Virus record (IMG/VR): IMGVR_UViG_3300043438_001221
From: a virus
DNA: 64,000 nt
Direction: 5' to 3' (one strand)
Shown here: in pieces, positions 10,418-20,059 of the stretch
How the letters are laid out: the number at the start of each line of letters is the position of its first letter
Position numbering within the stretch: position 1 is the first letter of the stretch
The notes under the pieces: model-generated
Told to the model about the DNA's origin: nothing
The model's input: only the letters and a program-made list of their open reading frames with translations
The model's database searches: none
Position numbers and translations under genes: made by a program

Positions 10418-11063
10418 GGATAGGATATTAAGTTTGGATAATACTAATGTTAGATTAACAATGGTTCCACCCAAAGTTTTAGATAACGTCGAAAACGCGA
10501 TTTTGGATTGTGTTGAAAACAATGTAGATGGTGATTTTGTAGAGACTGGTGTATGGAAAGGGGGTTGTTCTATACTTGCATACAACATGTATAAACAATT
10601 AAATTTAAATAAAAAAGTTTATTTATATGATTCTTTTGAAGGGCTTCCAAAACCAGACCCGACAAAATATCCAGTAGATAAAGGAGATGATCATTGGACA
10701 CTTCCAGAGCTTTCAATTTCTTTGGAAGATGTTAAAGAGAATTTTAAAAAATTCGGAGAATTGGATGAAAATGTAATTTTTATTAAAGGATGGTTTAGAG
10801 ATACAATACCTTTAAATGAAATTGACAAAATTTCAATATTGAGGCTTGATGGTGATATGTATGAGAGTACTATCGATCCATTACAATATCTATATCCAAA
10901 ATTAGCTATTGGTGGTTATTGCATTGTTGATGATTATGGACACGCTGGAGCTAAAGCAGCGGTAGAAGATTATAGAAAGTTGTACAATATCACAGAAGAT
11001 ATCATTATTATTGATGAATCGATTGGTGCATATCCATCCGCTTATTGGAAAAAAGAACGATGA
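10398..11063 (+). CDS. TylF/MycF/NovP-family sugar O-methyltransferase
   Basis: GDFVETGVWKGG, YDSFEGLP, KGWFRDT, LRLDGDMYEST, VDDY. Confidence 0.9.
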   Translation: MTIQEIKDRILSLDNTNVRLTMVPPKVLDNVENAILDCVENNVDGDFVETGVWKGGCSILAYNMYKQLNLNKKVYLYDSFEGLPKPDPTKYPVDKGDDHWTLPELSISLEDVKENFKKFGELDENVIFIKGWFRDTIPLNEIDKISILRLDGDMYESTIDPLQYLYPKLAIGGYCIVDDYGHAGAKAAVEDYRKLYNITEDIIIIDESIGAYPSAYWKKER

Positions 11064-11836
11064 AAAAGGTATTTGATGTATTCTCATTTTTCAATGAGTT
11101 GGATTTGTTGGAAGTTCGTCTGAACATTCTGGACAAATATGTGGATTATTTTGTGATTGTGGAATCGCGGCAGACCTTCACAGGAGTTGATAAGCCGTTG
11201 TATTACGAAGAAAATAAGGAGCGTTTCAAACAATGGCATTCCAAAATTATCCACCATGTGATGCATGATTTTCCTCAAGACGAAGATCACTATCAGCGAG
11301 CATTGAGAAGCCCAAATGTTGGAGATGGTGCTGAAAATTGGTTGAGAGAATTCTATCAAAAGGAAGCTCCAATCCGCGCACTGGAAAATATTTGTGTCGA
11401 TGATGACATCATTTTTCTTTCTGATTTGGACGAGATTTGGAATCCTGAAAATCCAGATATTTGCTACAATTTACAACATGGGCAAGTATATCGCCCAATT
11501 CAAACAGCTTATCCATATTATCTAAATAACCGTTCCAATCAGGATATTGGGCATTGGACAGGAACAAGAGTTGGGACATACAAGACTCTGAAACATTATG
11601 GATGTAATCATTTTAGAACGGAGCGAGAAGCTGAGAGTATTCCCATCTCAAACGGGGGGTGGCATTTCTCTTGGACAAATAAAGATGCAAAATATGAAGC
11701 ATTTAAATACAATGATGTTCAAGCTCGCTATGAAATCGTTTCCAGAGAAAAGACTTGGAAGGACGAATCGGAATTACCAAAATATATTATGAAAAACAAA
11801 GAAGAATTAGTGAAGAAAGGGTTGATGTTACCATGA
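11060..11836 (+). CDS. GT17 beta-1,4-N-acetylglucosaminyltransferase-like
   Basis: FFNELDLLEVRL, FVIVES..TFTG..KPL, SDLDEI, GGWHFS. Confidence 0.85.
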   Translation: MKKVFDVFSFFNELDLLEVRLNILDKYVDYFVIVESRQTFTGVDKPLYYEENKERFKQWHSKIIHHVMHDFPQDEDHYQRALRSPNVGDGAENWLREFYQKEAPIRALENICVDDDIIFLSDLDEIWNPENPDICYNLQHGQVYRPIQTAYPYYLNNRSNQDIGHWTGTRVGTYKTLKHYGCNHFRTEREAESIPISNGGWHFSWTNKDAKYEAFKYNDVQARYEIVSREKTWKDESELPKYIMKNKEELVKKGLMLP

Positions 11837-12432
11837 CACGGACGGAAATTATTAATGCGCTTATTGATAAGCATGGATACGAAGATTATCTGGAGATTGG
11901 CGTGAATACTCCATCACAACCGGGATATAATTGGGTCGGAGTAAAAGCACAAACGAAAACGGGAGTTGATCCCAATGTTGATACCACATTTAAGATGACA
12001 TCCGATGAATTCTTTGAAAAGATGTCGCAACATTACTATGACATTGTGTTTGTGGATGGGCTACATATCTTTGAACAGGCTTATCGTGATATCGTAAATT
12101 CTTTGAAATGGTTATCTCCCAACGGAACCATTGTGGTTCATGATTGTAATCCTGTTACGGAAATCACACAACGTCGGGAACGGGCTTCCGATGCGTGGCA
12201 TGGTGATGTCTGGAAGGCTATTGTGAAGCTTCGTATGGAGGAAATCGGACTCACTATTCACACGGTTGATACGGATGAAGGATGTGCTATTATTCGTCGT
12301 GGAAGTCAAATTCTACTCCCCGTTTCTACTGATGAAGACCCCTATGATTATTCATTTTTGGAAAGACGCAGAGTGGAAGCTTTGAATTTGATCAGTGTTG
12401 AGGAATTTAAAAGAATTTATCTTGATTTATGA
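11833..12432 (+). CDS. class I SAM-dependent methyltransferase
   Basis: YLEIGV, GVDP, DIVFVDGLH, IVVHD. Confidence 0.85.
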   Translation: MTRTEIINALIDKHGYEDYLEIGVNTPSQPGYNWVGVKAQTKTGVDPNVDTTFKMTSDEFFEKMSQHYYDIVFVDGLHIFEQAYRDIVNSLKWLSPNGTIVVHDCNPVTEITQRRERASDAWHGDVWKAIVKLRMEEIGLTIHTVDTDEGCAIIRRGSQILLPVSTDEDPYDYSFLERRRVEALNLISVEEFKRIYLDL

Positions 12433-12454
12433 TTTTGGTCGCTAAATAATCATA

Positions 12455-15400
12455 ATGAGATTGTTTAGCGAAGAGGTGAAAACCACCTCGTCTAATTCAC
12501 CTCTGAATATCATCCAAGTTGCAAATTTCTCAGAAATTTTCTTCGGTGTTCTAGAGATTGAAATAAACGAGAAAAAATATCCGGTTGAAGAAGTTGTGAA
12601 GCACGGGGGAAATCCCGTGGTGTTGCTTCCTATCGTGATTGAGGGGGTTGAAAAAGAATATCCATTCCTTCTGTTGAAAGGCAAGCAGGAGATTTTCTTC
12701 AACGAAAATAATACGGAGATTCCTGTTTCCGATGAGGAAATTCTTGAGGAATCCACGGAAATCGATAGGGAGCAGATTCTCCTTGATATTGAAAAATTGA
12801 AAAAGGATTCCGTTAGAAAGGCACAGGAAGAGCTTTCTCGTCATTTGGAAATCGTCAAGGAAAAAACCAAACGGGAAAAACAAAAGAAAGAAAAAGCTCT
12901 CAGGTTGTATCTGGAGTCCGCAAGGGAAAATCTTGTTGATGAATTTACAACAATCTCCCAGCGGATCAAAAAAGAGGTTTTCGATAAGAATGATGAGAAA
13001 TATTCGGAAATTCGGGAAACGATTGATAACAGGATTGAGGAGATACGCAATTCCCTTGGGGAATCCTTGAGCAAGAATTTCCAGAAATCTTCCCAAATAA
13101 TTGATAAGTCCATCAAGCAATTGGTCAAGGAATTATGGGAAAAGAATATCAATCCAAGGGTTGATAAAGAACTTCATAATATTGCAACCGAAATCCATGA
13201 GAAGGTTTCGGAGATCGACAAGAATCTCAATTCCAAGCTGGATAAAAAAGCTGATCGTTCTTTGGTTGAAGGTGTTAGCAAGGAAATCGATATCATTCGG
13301 GATGCCAACATTGAGCTTAACAATTCCCTGAACAAAGGCGTTCAGAAAGCATTGTCCCGCGTGGGGAACGTTGATAAGAAGATCGTGGAAATTTCCGAGA
13401 AATTTGATAGGAAAATCTCGGAAACGGAACAAGAAGTCACAGAATATTTCAATGAAAAGTTGACCTTGATTAAGGAAGAAACCATTGATATCACAGATGA
13501 AGCTAGAAAATATTTCCAAAATCTGATTCAAGAAAGCAGGGATGGATTGCTTTCTGAAATCCGCACGATCAAGAATGAGAAACCCGTTGAATACATTCTG
13601 GAAACCAAAAAATCCGGCAAGGTTGTCAAGGATTGGGATTCGATTGAGAAAGAATGGAACACCAAAATCCACGACAAGATTGAAAATGTAAAGACCGATC
13701 TTAGGAAATATGTGACGGTCTATGCCTCTGGTGGTGGAACCAATGCCACTCAATACCAAGATGGGGGAACGATGAATGGCGACCTGAACGTGACGGGTGC
13801 GTATCTTTCCGCTGGTGTCAATTTATTGGATATCTTTGGTGGTGGAGGTGGTGGATTGACAAATCCTGTGGAAGTGTTGGAATTTGACACCGCCTATGTA
13901 TCAACTGGTAGCGAACCCGCTGGTAGCATGTATTGGAACCCAACGGATGAAACGGTTGATTTGGTTCATGATGGGGCTGTCCAACAAATAGGGCAGGAAA
14001 TGTTCATCAAAGTCCGCAATGCTTCGGGATCAACTATTCAAAATGGAACGCCCGTTTATTTTGATGGGAGGCAAGGGAACCGCCCCAAAATCTATCCCGC
14101 GCAATCCGATTTGCATTCGACTTCTGCCGTAATGGGGATAACCACCCAAGACATATCCGATGGAGACGATGGATTTATCACCTCTTTTGGTTATGTGCGC
14201 CAAATCAAAACCAATTATTCGGGGGCTGGAGATTGGGGAACCACTTGGAATGAAGGGGACAACCTTTATGTATCAAAAACCATTACTGGCCAATTAACGA
14301 ATGTTGAGCCTTCCGCCCCCCATCATTCAGATGTGGTTGGCCAAGTTGGGATCGTTGGAGCTTTGGGGGTTGGTTCTATTTTCGTAAGCATTCGTCACCA
14401 TCAAGCTCTGGAAGATTTATCCGATGTTAATGGCACAGCTTTAACAACAACGGGACAAGTCCCAACATGGAACAATTCGTTAAGTGCTTTTGATTTCAAT
14501 TACAATATCACGGATTATCTCCCTTTAAGTGGTGGCACATTATCTGGTAATCTTTCAGCAAATTCCGTTACGGTTACGGCGGCAGAGATTGGGCGCGATT
14601 TGGTTGATGCTGATGCCGTGGTATTGAATGGTGGTAGAAGCCTTTTATCAAGATTCTGGACTTATGTAAAATCCAAACTTGATCTTGGACAAACAGTTGG
14701 CGGCTCGTGGGCGTTTAGTTCCACCACCAGACCTACAAGCAGCGGGACAGGAACACCCGACGCCAATAGCTTGATTACTTTTGCGGATGCTTTAACTCAA
14801 CTTGATAGTGTTATTGGATGGAATCTTATACCATTTATCAACTCTATACAGTCCACTTTCAACGTCGGTGGTTCAAATTCTCTTACACTAAATGCTGTCC
14901 ATATCCAACTTACATCTGGTGGGACTTCTGTAAGTGCTACTGCTGGATATTCATTCAACAGCGCAAATGCTCAAGGTATTTTACCATATAAAGGTAGTGA
15001 AACATTGATTCATTGGTCAAAAAGATTAAAAGTTCGACTCGGTATTGCAATGGCTTCTTTTGATGGTGATGCAATTGGATGGTTTTGGGTTGGTTGTGAT
15101 TCTACCGCTCCTGTTGGTAATGCACCCCCAAATACTTTGCGAGGTTATGGATTAAGGTTTGATAACAGCGGCGGAACGGTTCGTATCACCCCTGTTACCC
15201 ATGATGGAACAAATTACATTTACGGAACCCCTGTTACCCATACTCAAACCGTATATACGATGGATATGTATAATGGCACAATGAATGTTTTTAATGCTGA
15301 TAATACATTGGTGGCTACTGTTTCTGGTGGTAGGTCAATTGATTCCGCAACCAATAGATCGGTTCAACTTCATTGCCAAACCACATTAAATAATGGTGTT

Positions 15401-15460
15401 GGCAACAACTATTTCCGTTTTCGAGTAAACCGTATGGAATTTAAATTCCTAGAATCTTAA
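12455..15460 (+). CDS. large virion fibre-like protein (N-terminal coiled coil, C-terminal G/S/T-rich beta region)
   Basis: Late promoter, E/K-rich helical first ~420 aa, SGGG hinge, GGTMNGDL and YLPLSGGTLSGNL fibre motifs. Confidence 0.65.
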   Translation: MRLFSEEVKTTSSNSPLNIIQVANFSEIFFGVLEIEINEKKYPVEEVVKHGGNPVVLLPIVIEGVEKEYPFLLLKGKQEIFFNENNTEIPVSDEEILEESTEIDREQILLDIEKLKKDSVRKAQEELSRHLEIVKEKTKREKQKKEKALRLYLESARENLVDEFTTISQRIKKEVFDKNDEKYSEIRETIDNRIEEIRNSLGESLSKNFQKSSQIIDKSIKQLVKELWEKNINPRVDKELHNIATEIHEKVSEIDKNLNSKLDKKADRSLVEGVSKEIDIIRDANIELNNSLNKGVQKALSRVGNVDKKIVEISEKFDRKISETEQEVTEYFNEKLTLIKEETIDITDEARKYFQNLIQESRDGLLSEIRTIKNEKPVEYILETKKSGKVVKDWDSIEKEWNTKIHDKIENVKTDLRKYVTVYASGGGTNATQYQDGGTMNGDLNVTGAYLSAGVNLLDIFGGGGGGLTNPVEVLEFDTAYVSTGSEPAGSMYWNPTDETVDLVHDGAVQQIGQEMFIKVRNASGSTIQNGTPVYFDGRQGNRPKIYPAQSDLHSTSAVMGITTQDISDGDDGFITSFGYVRQIKTNYSGAGDWGTTWNEGDNLYVSKTITGQLTNVEPSAPHHSDVVGQVGIVGALGVGSIFVSIRHHQALEDLSDVNGTALTTTGQVPTWNNSLSAFDFNYNITDYLPLSGGTLSGNLSANSVTVTAAEIGRDLVDADAVVLNGGRSLLSRFWTYVKSKLDLGQTVGGSWAFSSTTRPTSSGTGTPDANSLITFADALTQLDSVIGWNLIPFINSIQSTFNVGGSNSLTLNAVHIQLTSGGTSVSATAGYSFNSANAQGILPYKGSETLIHWSKRLKVRLGIAMASFDGDAIGWFWVGCDSTAPVGNAPPNTLRGYGLRFDNSGGTVRITPVTHDGTNYIYGTPVTHTQTVYTMDMYNGTMNVFNADNTLVATVSGGRSIDSATNRSVQLHCQTTLNNGVGNNYFRFRVNRMEFKFLES

Positions 15461-15472
15461 ATATTATAAAAT

Positions 15473-15853
15473 ATGGCACTAATCACACCAAAAACACAAG
15501 TAGAAGAGGATGTATCTGAAAAGGATGCTGGTGTTCTTCGTTCCGCAGAGGCATTACATCATGCCGCAACTGTCATAAAGCATGAAAATATGCGTTTCTG
15601 GTCGTTGCCCACTGATCGTTTATTAGCAGTTCTTAACTATAATATCCCCCAAACCTTATCGGTTTTCGCCGCCAATGCGCAAGCTGCTGTAGCGATCAAT
15701 GCCCTATTGGATGCAGTTGATTCACCGCGCTTTTCCAATCGTTTGCCTACAGAAATGGGTAGGAGCGATGTGATGTTTGATGGGAATCAATTTGTGGTAA
15801 TCCCTCCAGAACCACCAGAGGAACAGGAACCAGAAGAAGAATTACCCGAATAA
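15473..15853 (+). CDS. hypothetical protein
   Basis: 126-aa ORF directly after the fibre gene. Confidence 0.6.
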   Translation: MALITPKTQVEEDVSEKDAGVLRSAEALHHAATVIKHENMRFWSLPTDRLLAVLNYNIPQTLSVFAANAQAAVAINALLDAVDSPRFSNRLPTEMGRSDVMFDGNQFVVIPPEPPEEQEPEEELPE

Positions 15854-15855
15854 TC

Positions 15856-16320
15856 ATGGGTTCTTTGGGATTATCAAAACGGAACAAGAAGTTCCACCAA
15901 GGATTTTATGTTCCAAAAAATATTCAAAAATATGTCGGTAAAATTGATAACATCATATACCGATCTGGTTTGGAATTGAAGTTCTTCCGCTTCTGTGATA
16001 ATAATCCAAATGTGGTGGAGTGGGGAAGTGAGGAAATCGCCGTGCCTTATTTTGACACGTTGCAGCGCAAGCAGCGTAAATATTTTATTGATGCTTATGT
16101 GAAGATACAGGAGGGCGATATTATAAAAAAATATCTGGTGGAAGTCAAGCCTTGGAAGCAGACGCAAGAGCCGAAAGCTGGAAAGGGTAAGAAGAAAGCC
16201 AATCTGTTGTATGAACAGGTCGCTTTCCAGAACTTACAAGACAAGATAAAATTTGCAAAAGAATTTGCAAAAAAACATAATATGGATTTTATTATAATCA
16301 CTGAAAAAGAATTAAATTAA
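15856..16320 (+). CDS. head completion nuclease (T4 gp4-like)
   Basis: KY.G....IIYRSGLE, WGSEEIAVPY, YFID, VEVKP, ITEKEL. Confidence 0.88.
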   Translation: MGSLGLSKRNKKFHQGFYVPKNIQKYVGKIDNIIYRSGLELKFFRFCDNNPNVVEWGSEEIAVPYFDTLQRKQRKYFIDAYVKIQEGDIIKKYLVEVKPWKQTQEPKAGKGKKKANLLYEQVAFQNLQDKIKFAKEFAKKHNMDFIIITEKELN

Positions 16321-16353
16321 TGTATTTATGAGGATGTGGCATTAAGTAATAAT

Positions 16354-17973
16354 ATGCCGAACAAAATAAATACCGAAATTTTCATAGAAAGGTCGAAAAA
16401 TATACACGGCGATAGATATCAATATAATTGTTCGGAATATATAAATAGCCAAACGAAAATAAGCGTGCGATGCCCGATCCATGGTATTTTCACTCAAAAA
16501 CCACAAGACCATATGAATGGGAGGGGTTGTGAAAAATGTGGGAAATTGATATGGGAAAATAAAGATAATCTCGAAAAAAGGTTTAATATTTTTGCTGAAA
16601 ATGCGAATAGAATACACAATTTTAGATATAAATATATTTTAGAGTCGTATAATGGTACGCATAGAAAGGGTGATATTATTTGTCCAATACATGGAAAATT
16701 TACTCAATTATTAACAAATCATCTTAGCGGATCAGGTTGTGTTAAGTGTAGTAAAGAATCCTATAGAAATAAAAGAACATTCACCGATAAAATTTTTACA
16801 GAAAAAGCCATTGAAAAACACGGCAATTTTTATAATTATTCTTTAATTAATTACACAGATTCCCAATCTAAATTAGAAATTATTTGTCCAATACATGGCA
16901 AATTTACACAGAAAGCAAATGCACATTTAAACGGTGCTGGGTGTGGGAAATGTGGAAAAATTAAAAAATCTAACAATAAAAGTAAAAATTATGATTGGTA
17001 TGCCAAATGTGTCAAATCACATGGAAATAAATATAATTATTCTATGGTGGATTATGTGAAAAACACGTCCCCCGTTAAAATTATTTGCCATAAACATGGA
17101 ATGTTTATGCAGACTTTACATAGTCATATAAAAGGTCGGGGGTGTCCTTCATGCGGAGTGACAAATTCCGATATGGAAAACTTTGTGGAAGAAGTGTTGA
17201 AAGATAATTCAATTGATTATGTTAAAAATGATTGGAGCGTTCTCAAAAATTTGGAGTTAGATTTTTATATACCAAGTATGAAAATTGCGATTGAGTGTAA
17301 TGGTAATTACTGGCATTCTGAGACATCTGGTAATAAAGATAAAGATTATCATCTTGATAAAACAGAAAAATGCCTAGGTGTCGGTATTAAATTATTACAC
17401 ATTTTTGAAGATGAGTATATAGAGAAAAGGGAAATAATTAAATGTAAAATATTAAACGTTTTAAATTTAACCAAATATAAAATTTGGGCTGAAGAATGTT
17501 CTATTGAACGGATATCTGAAGATATTAAAGATAAATTTTTAAACAAATATCATATACAAGGAAGTGATAAATCTGATTACATGTATGGACTATTCTATCG
17601 AGATAGAATCGTTGCGGTTATGACGTTTTGTGGTGCAAGTAATTCAAAAAATAGAGTATTTGATTTTTCTAGATATTCATCATTGGGGAATTTTGATATT
17701 GTTGGTGGTGTTGATAAGTTATTAACATTTTTTAAAGTGGTGACAAACCCATCAAAAATTATTTTGAGTGTGGATAGGAGATTTTCAGACGGTGATCTTT
17801 ATGAAAAAATTGGATTTGAAAGAGTTTCCACCACACCACCCGATTATTGGTATCTAATTAGAAATGGTAATTACTTCACTAGAAAATATAAATCGGAATT
17901 GGATAATATGAAAACCTACAATTTTGATAGAATATGGGACTGTGGTATGATTAATTATGAGATGTTTTGTTGA
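16354..17973 (+). CDS. free-standing homing endonuclease (four CPxHG zinc-binding repeats, PD-(D/E)xK core, Hef-like C-terminus)
   Basis: Four C.xHG.F.Q...H..G.GC..C repeats, ELDFYIP..KIAIECNGNYWH, RIWDCG. Start ATG 16354 follows TTAAGTA. Confidence 0.78.
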   Translation: MPNKINTEIFIERSKNIHGDRYQYNCSEYINSQTKISVRCPIHGIFTQKPQDHMNGRGCEKCGKLIWENKDNLEKRFNIFAENANRIHNFRYKYILESYNGTHRKGDIICPIHGKFTQLLTNHLSGSGCVKCSKESYRNKRTFTDKIFTEKAIEKHGNFYNYSLINYTDSQSKLEIICPIHGKFTQKANAHLNGAGCGKCGKIKKSNNKSKNYDWYAKCVKSHGNKYNYSMVDYVKNTSPVKIICHKHGMFMQTLHSHIKGRGCPSCGVTNSDMENFVEEVLKDNSIDYVKNDWSVLKNLELDFYIPSMKIAIECNGNYWHSETSGNKDKDYHLDKTEKCLGVGIKLLHIFEDEYIEKREIIKCKILNVLNLTKYKIWAEECSIERISEDIKDKFLNKYHIQGSDKSDYMYGLFYRDRIVAVMTFCGASNSKNRVFDFSRYSSLGNFDIVGGVDKLLTFFKVVTNPSKIILSVDRRFSDGDLYEKIGFERVSTTPPDYWYLIRNGNYFTRKYKSELDNMKTYNFDRIWDCGMINYEMFC

Positions 17974-18022
17974 AAAAGGAGTTAAATTAGTAGATTTTAC
18001 ATTATTAAGCATAAATACAAAT

Positions 18023-18685
18023 ATGCTTAAATTAAAGTTGATTGCTGAAAATCCTGATGTGTTTGATAACTTTGAAGTTATTGAAGAACAATCAAACAGA
18101 AACAGTGCATCCAACCTATATGTGAAAGGTCCGTTTATAGGCTGCAACGCCGTTAATAAAAATAGGCGTATGTATAAATTGGACGACACTAGAACAGAAG
18201 TCCAACGATATGTTAATGAAATGGTCATGCCGGGACGCGCCATGGGAGAACTCAATCACCCATCCAGTGCTGATGTAAATCTTGAAAGGGCTTGCCATTT
18301 GGTTACGGAACTATCGGAAGTTGATGATTATTTCATCGGTAAAGCAAAAGTTCTTTCAACACCAACGGGTCAAATCCTCCGTTCTCTCATCAACGATGGG
18401 GTCAAGATCGGAATGTCCACCCGTGCGCTTGGTCAATTGATGGAAAATCGTGATTACAACGTTGTTCAGAATATGCACTTGGTAGCCATTGATGCTGTTG
18501 CTGATCCATCCTATCCAAAGGCTTTCGTTAATGGGATTTTGGAAAGCAAGACTTTTGTTCTGGATCAGGACGGTTCATTTGAAGAGATGTATGAAAATTT
18601 TGGAAACGCTCTCAAAACCCTACCCAAACATGACACCGATAATTATCTTCGCGCACAGATCATAAAATTTATCAATTCAATCTAA
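18023..18685 (+). CDS. prohead core protease (T4 gp21-like)
   Basis: NKNRRMY, AMGELNHP, GMSTRALG, DAVADPS; syntenic with gp22 and gp23. Confidence 0.93.
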   Translation: MLKLKLIAENPDVFDNFEVIEEQSNRNSASNLYVKGPFIGCNAVNKNRRMYKLDDTRTEVQRYVNEMVMPGRAMGELNHPSSADVNLERACHLVTELSEVDDYFIGKAKVLSTPTGQILRSLINDGVKIGMSTRALGQLMENRDYNVVQNMHLVAIDAVADPSYPKAFVNGILESKTFVLDQDGSFEEMYENFGNALKTLPKHDTDNYLRAQIIKFINSI

Positions 18686-18693
18686 ATAATATC

Positions 18694-19071
18694 ATGGGTA
18701 AAACATATAAAGATTTGAAGAAACAGGGTAAGCATGTTTTTGATGGACCGAAGGTGAAGCAGCGCAAGCATTTCGCCCCGGCAACCAAAACGGAAAGGCC
18801 AAAAAAAGGCAAGGGATCGTATGATCGTGGGGAAGCTTTTGATGAGGATGAAGAAAAAAAGGATTGTTGGGATGGTTATGAAAAGAAAGGCACCAAGAAG
18901 AAGGGTGGAAAGACCGTCAACAATTGTGTGAAGGAATCCACCAATCTATCCAAATTCATTGAGGCTATCATGACCAATAATCATGCGGAAGCCCACAAAC
19001 ATCTCAAACAGGCGGTGAACGACAAAATCCAGAACCGAATTGCCCAAGAAATCGACAATCCTTTGTTCTGA
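18694..19071 (+). CDS. prohead core-associated protein with an N-terminal ArfA-like motif
   Basis: Lies between gp21 and gp22; contains KKGKGSYDR, CWDGY..GTKKKGGKTVNNCVKE and a helical C-terminus. Confidence 0.55.
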   Translation: MGKTYKDLKKQGKHVFDGPKVKQRKHFAPATKTERPKKGKGSYDRGEAFDEDEEKKDCWDGYEKKGTKKKGGKTVNNCVKESTNLSKFIEAIMTNNHAEAHKHLKQAVNDKIQNRIAQEIDNPLF

Positions 19072-19108
19072 TTTTCAAAAAATTCATACTGAATCTCTAA
19101 ATAATAAT

Positions 19109-19996
19109 ATGAAGAAAAAAAGCACGAACCTTTTCTCGGAAGACATCCAAAAAAGCCTTGGACTCAGCGACGAATCCGTAAAAGCGATTCAAGAATCCCT
19201 TGAATCCAAGATTGATCTAGCAGTAGAAGCAGCCCTTTTGGAACAGGATGAAGTATATGCATCCAAGCTCCAAGCTGCGTTTGTATCCGTTGACAAGGAT
19301 CGCACTCTCAAGATGAAGAAGATCATGGAAGCATTTGACAAGAACGCCACCGCAAAGCTCGCCAAGGTCATCAAGAAATATGAGCGCGAGCAAAACGGCG
19401 ATCTTCTCAAGTTCAAGAAACAACTTACGGAATCCGTTAGTGCTTTCCTCGATGAGTTCATTGAAGAATCCGTTCCAACCAAGGATATCAAGGAAGCGGT
19501 TAGAAACAAAACCGCCATGAATGTTCTGGAAAATCTTAAAAAGGTTTTTGCAATCGATCTCGCTGTGATGAAGGAATCCGTTTCCGGTGCAATCGTGGAA
19601 GGCAAGAGCGAAATCGACAAGCTCCGCAAGAAAAACGAAGAGCTTGAAAAGAGCATGAAGATTCTTACTGAATCCAAGAACAAGTCGGAAGTCAAGCTTT
19701 TCCTTGAAGGAAAGACTTCCAAATATCCTGAAACAAAGAAGAACTTCGTCAAGAAGGCTCTGGGAGACAAGTCCCTTCAATTCATTCAGGAAAACTTCGA
19801 TTACACCGTGCGTCTCTTTGAAAAACAAGAGAAAAAGCAACTGGAAACCATCAAGGAAGATGCGATCCAAAACCGCAAGCACAAGCCCGATTTTGTAAAA
19901 GAACAAAAAATTGTCACGGAAAAGGTAAATACTAATACGGATGAAGAATCTGATCCTTATGTGTCTGTTATGGATTCCATGACATTCCGTAAGTAA
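19109..19996 (+). CDS. prohead core scaffold protein (T4 gp22-like)
   Basis: Highly helical E/K-rich protein directly upstream of gp23, late promoter. Confidence 0.8.
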   Translation: MKKKSTNLFSEDIQKSLGLSDESVKAIQESLESKIDLAVEAALLEQDEVYASKLQAAFVSVDKDRTLKMKKIMEAFDKNATAKLAKVIKKYEREQNGDLLKFKKQLTESVSAFLDEFIEESVPTKDIKEAVRNKTAMNVLENLKKVFAIDLAVMKESVSGAIVEGKSEIDKLRKKNEELEKSMKILTESKNKSEVKLFLEGKTSKYPETKKNFVKKALGDKSLQFIQENFDYTVRLFEKQEKKQLETIKEDAIQNRKHKPDFVKEQKIVTEKVNTNTDEESDPYVSVMDSMTFRK

Positions 19997-20059
19997 ACAA
20001 TTTCCACCCCGCACTATGAGGAAGTAATTCCTGAACAATGTGAATAGAAAGTCAAATAT

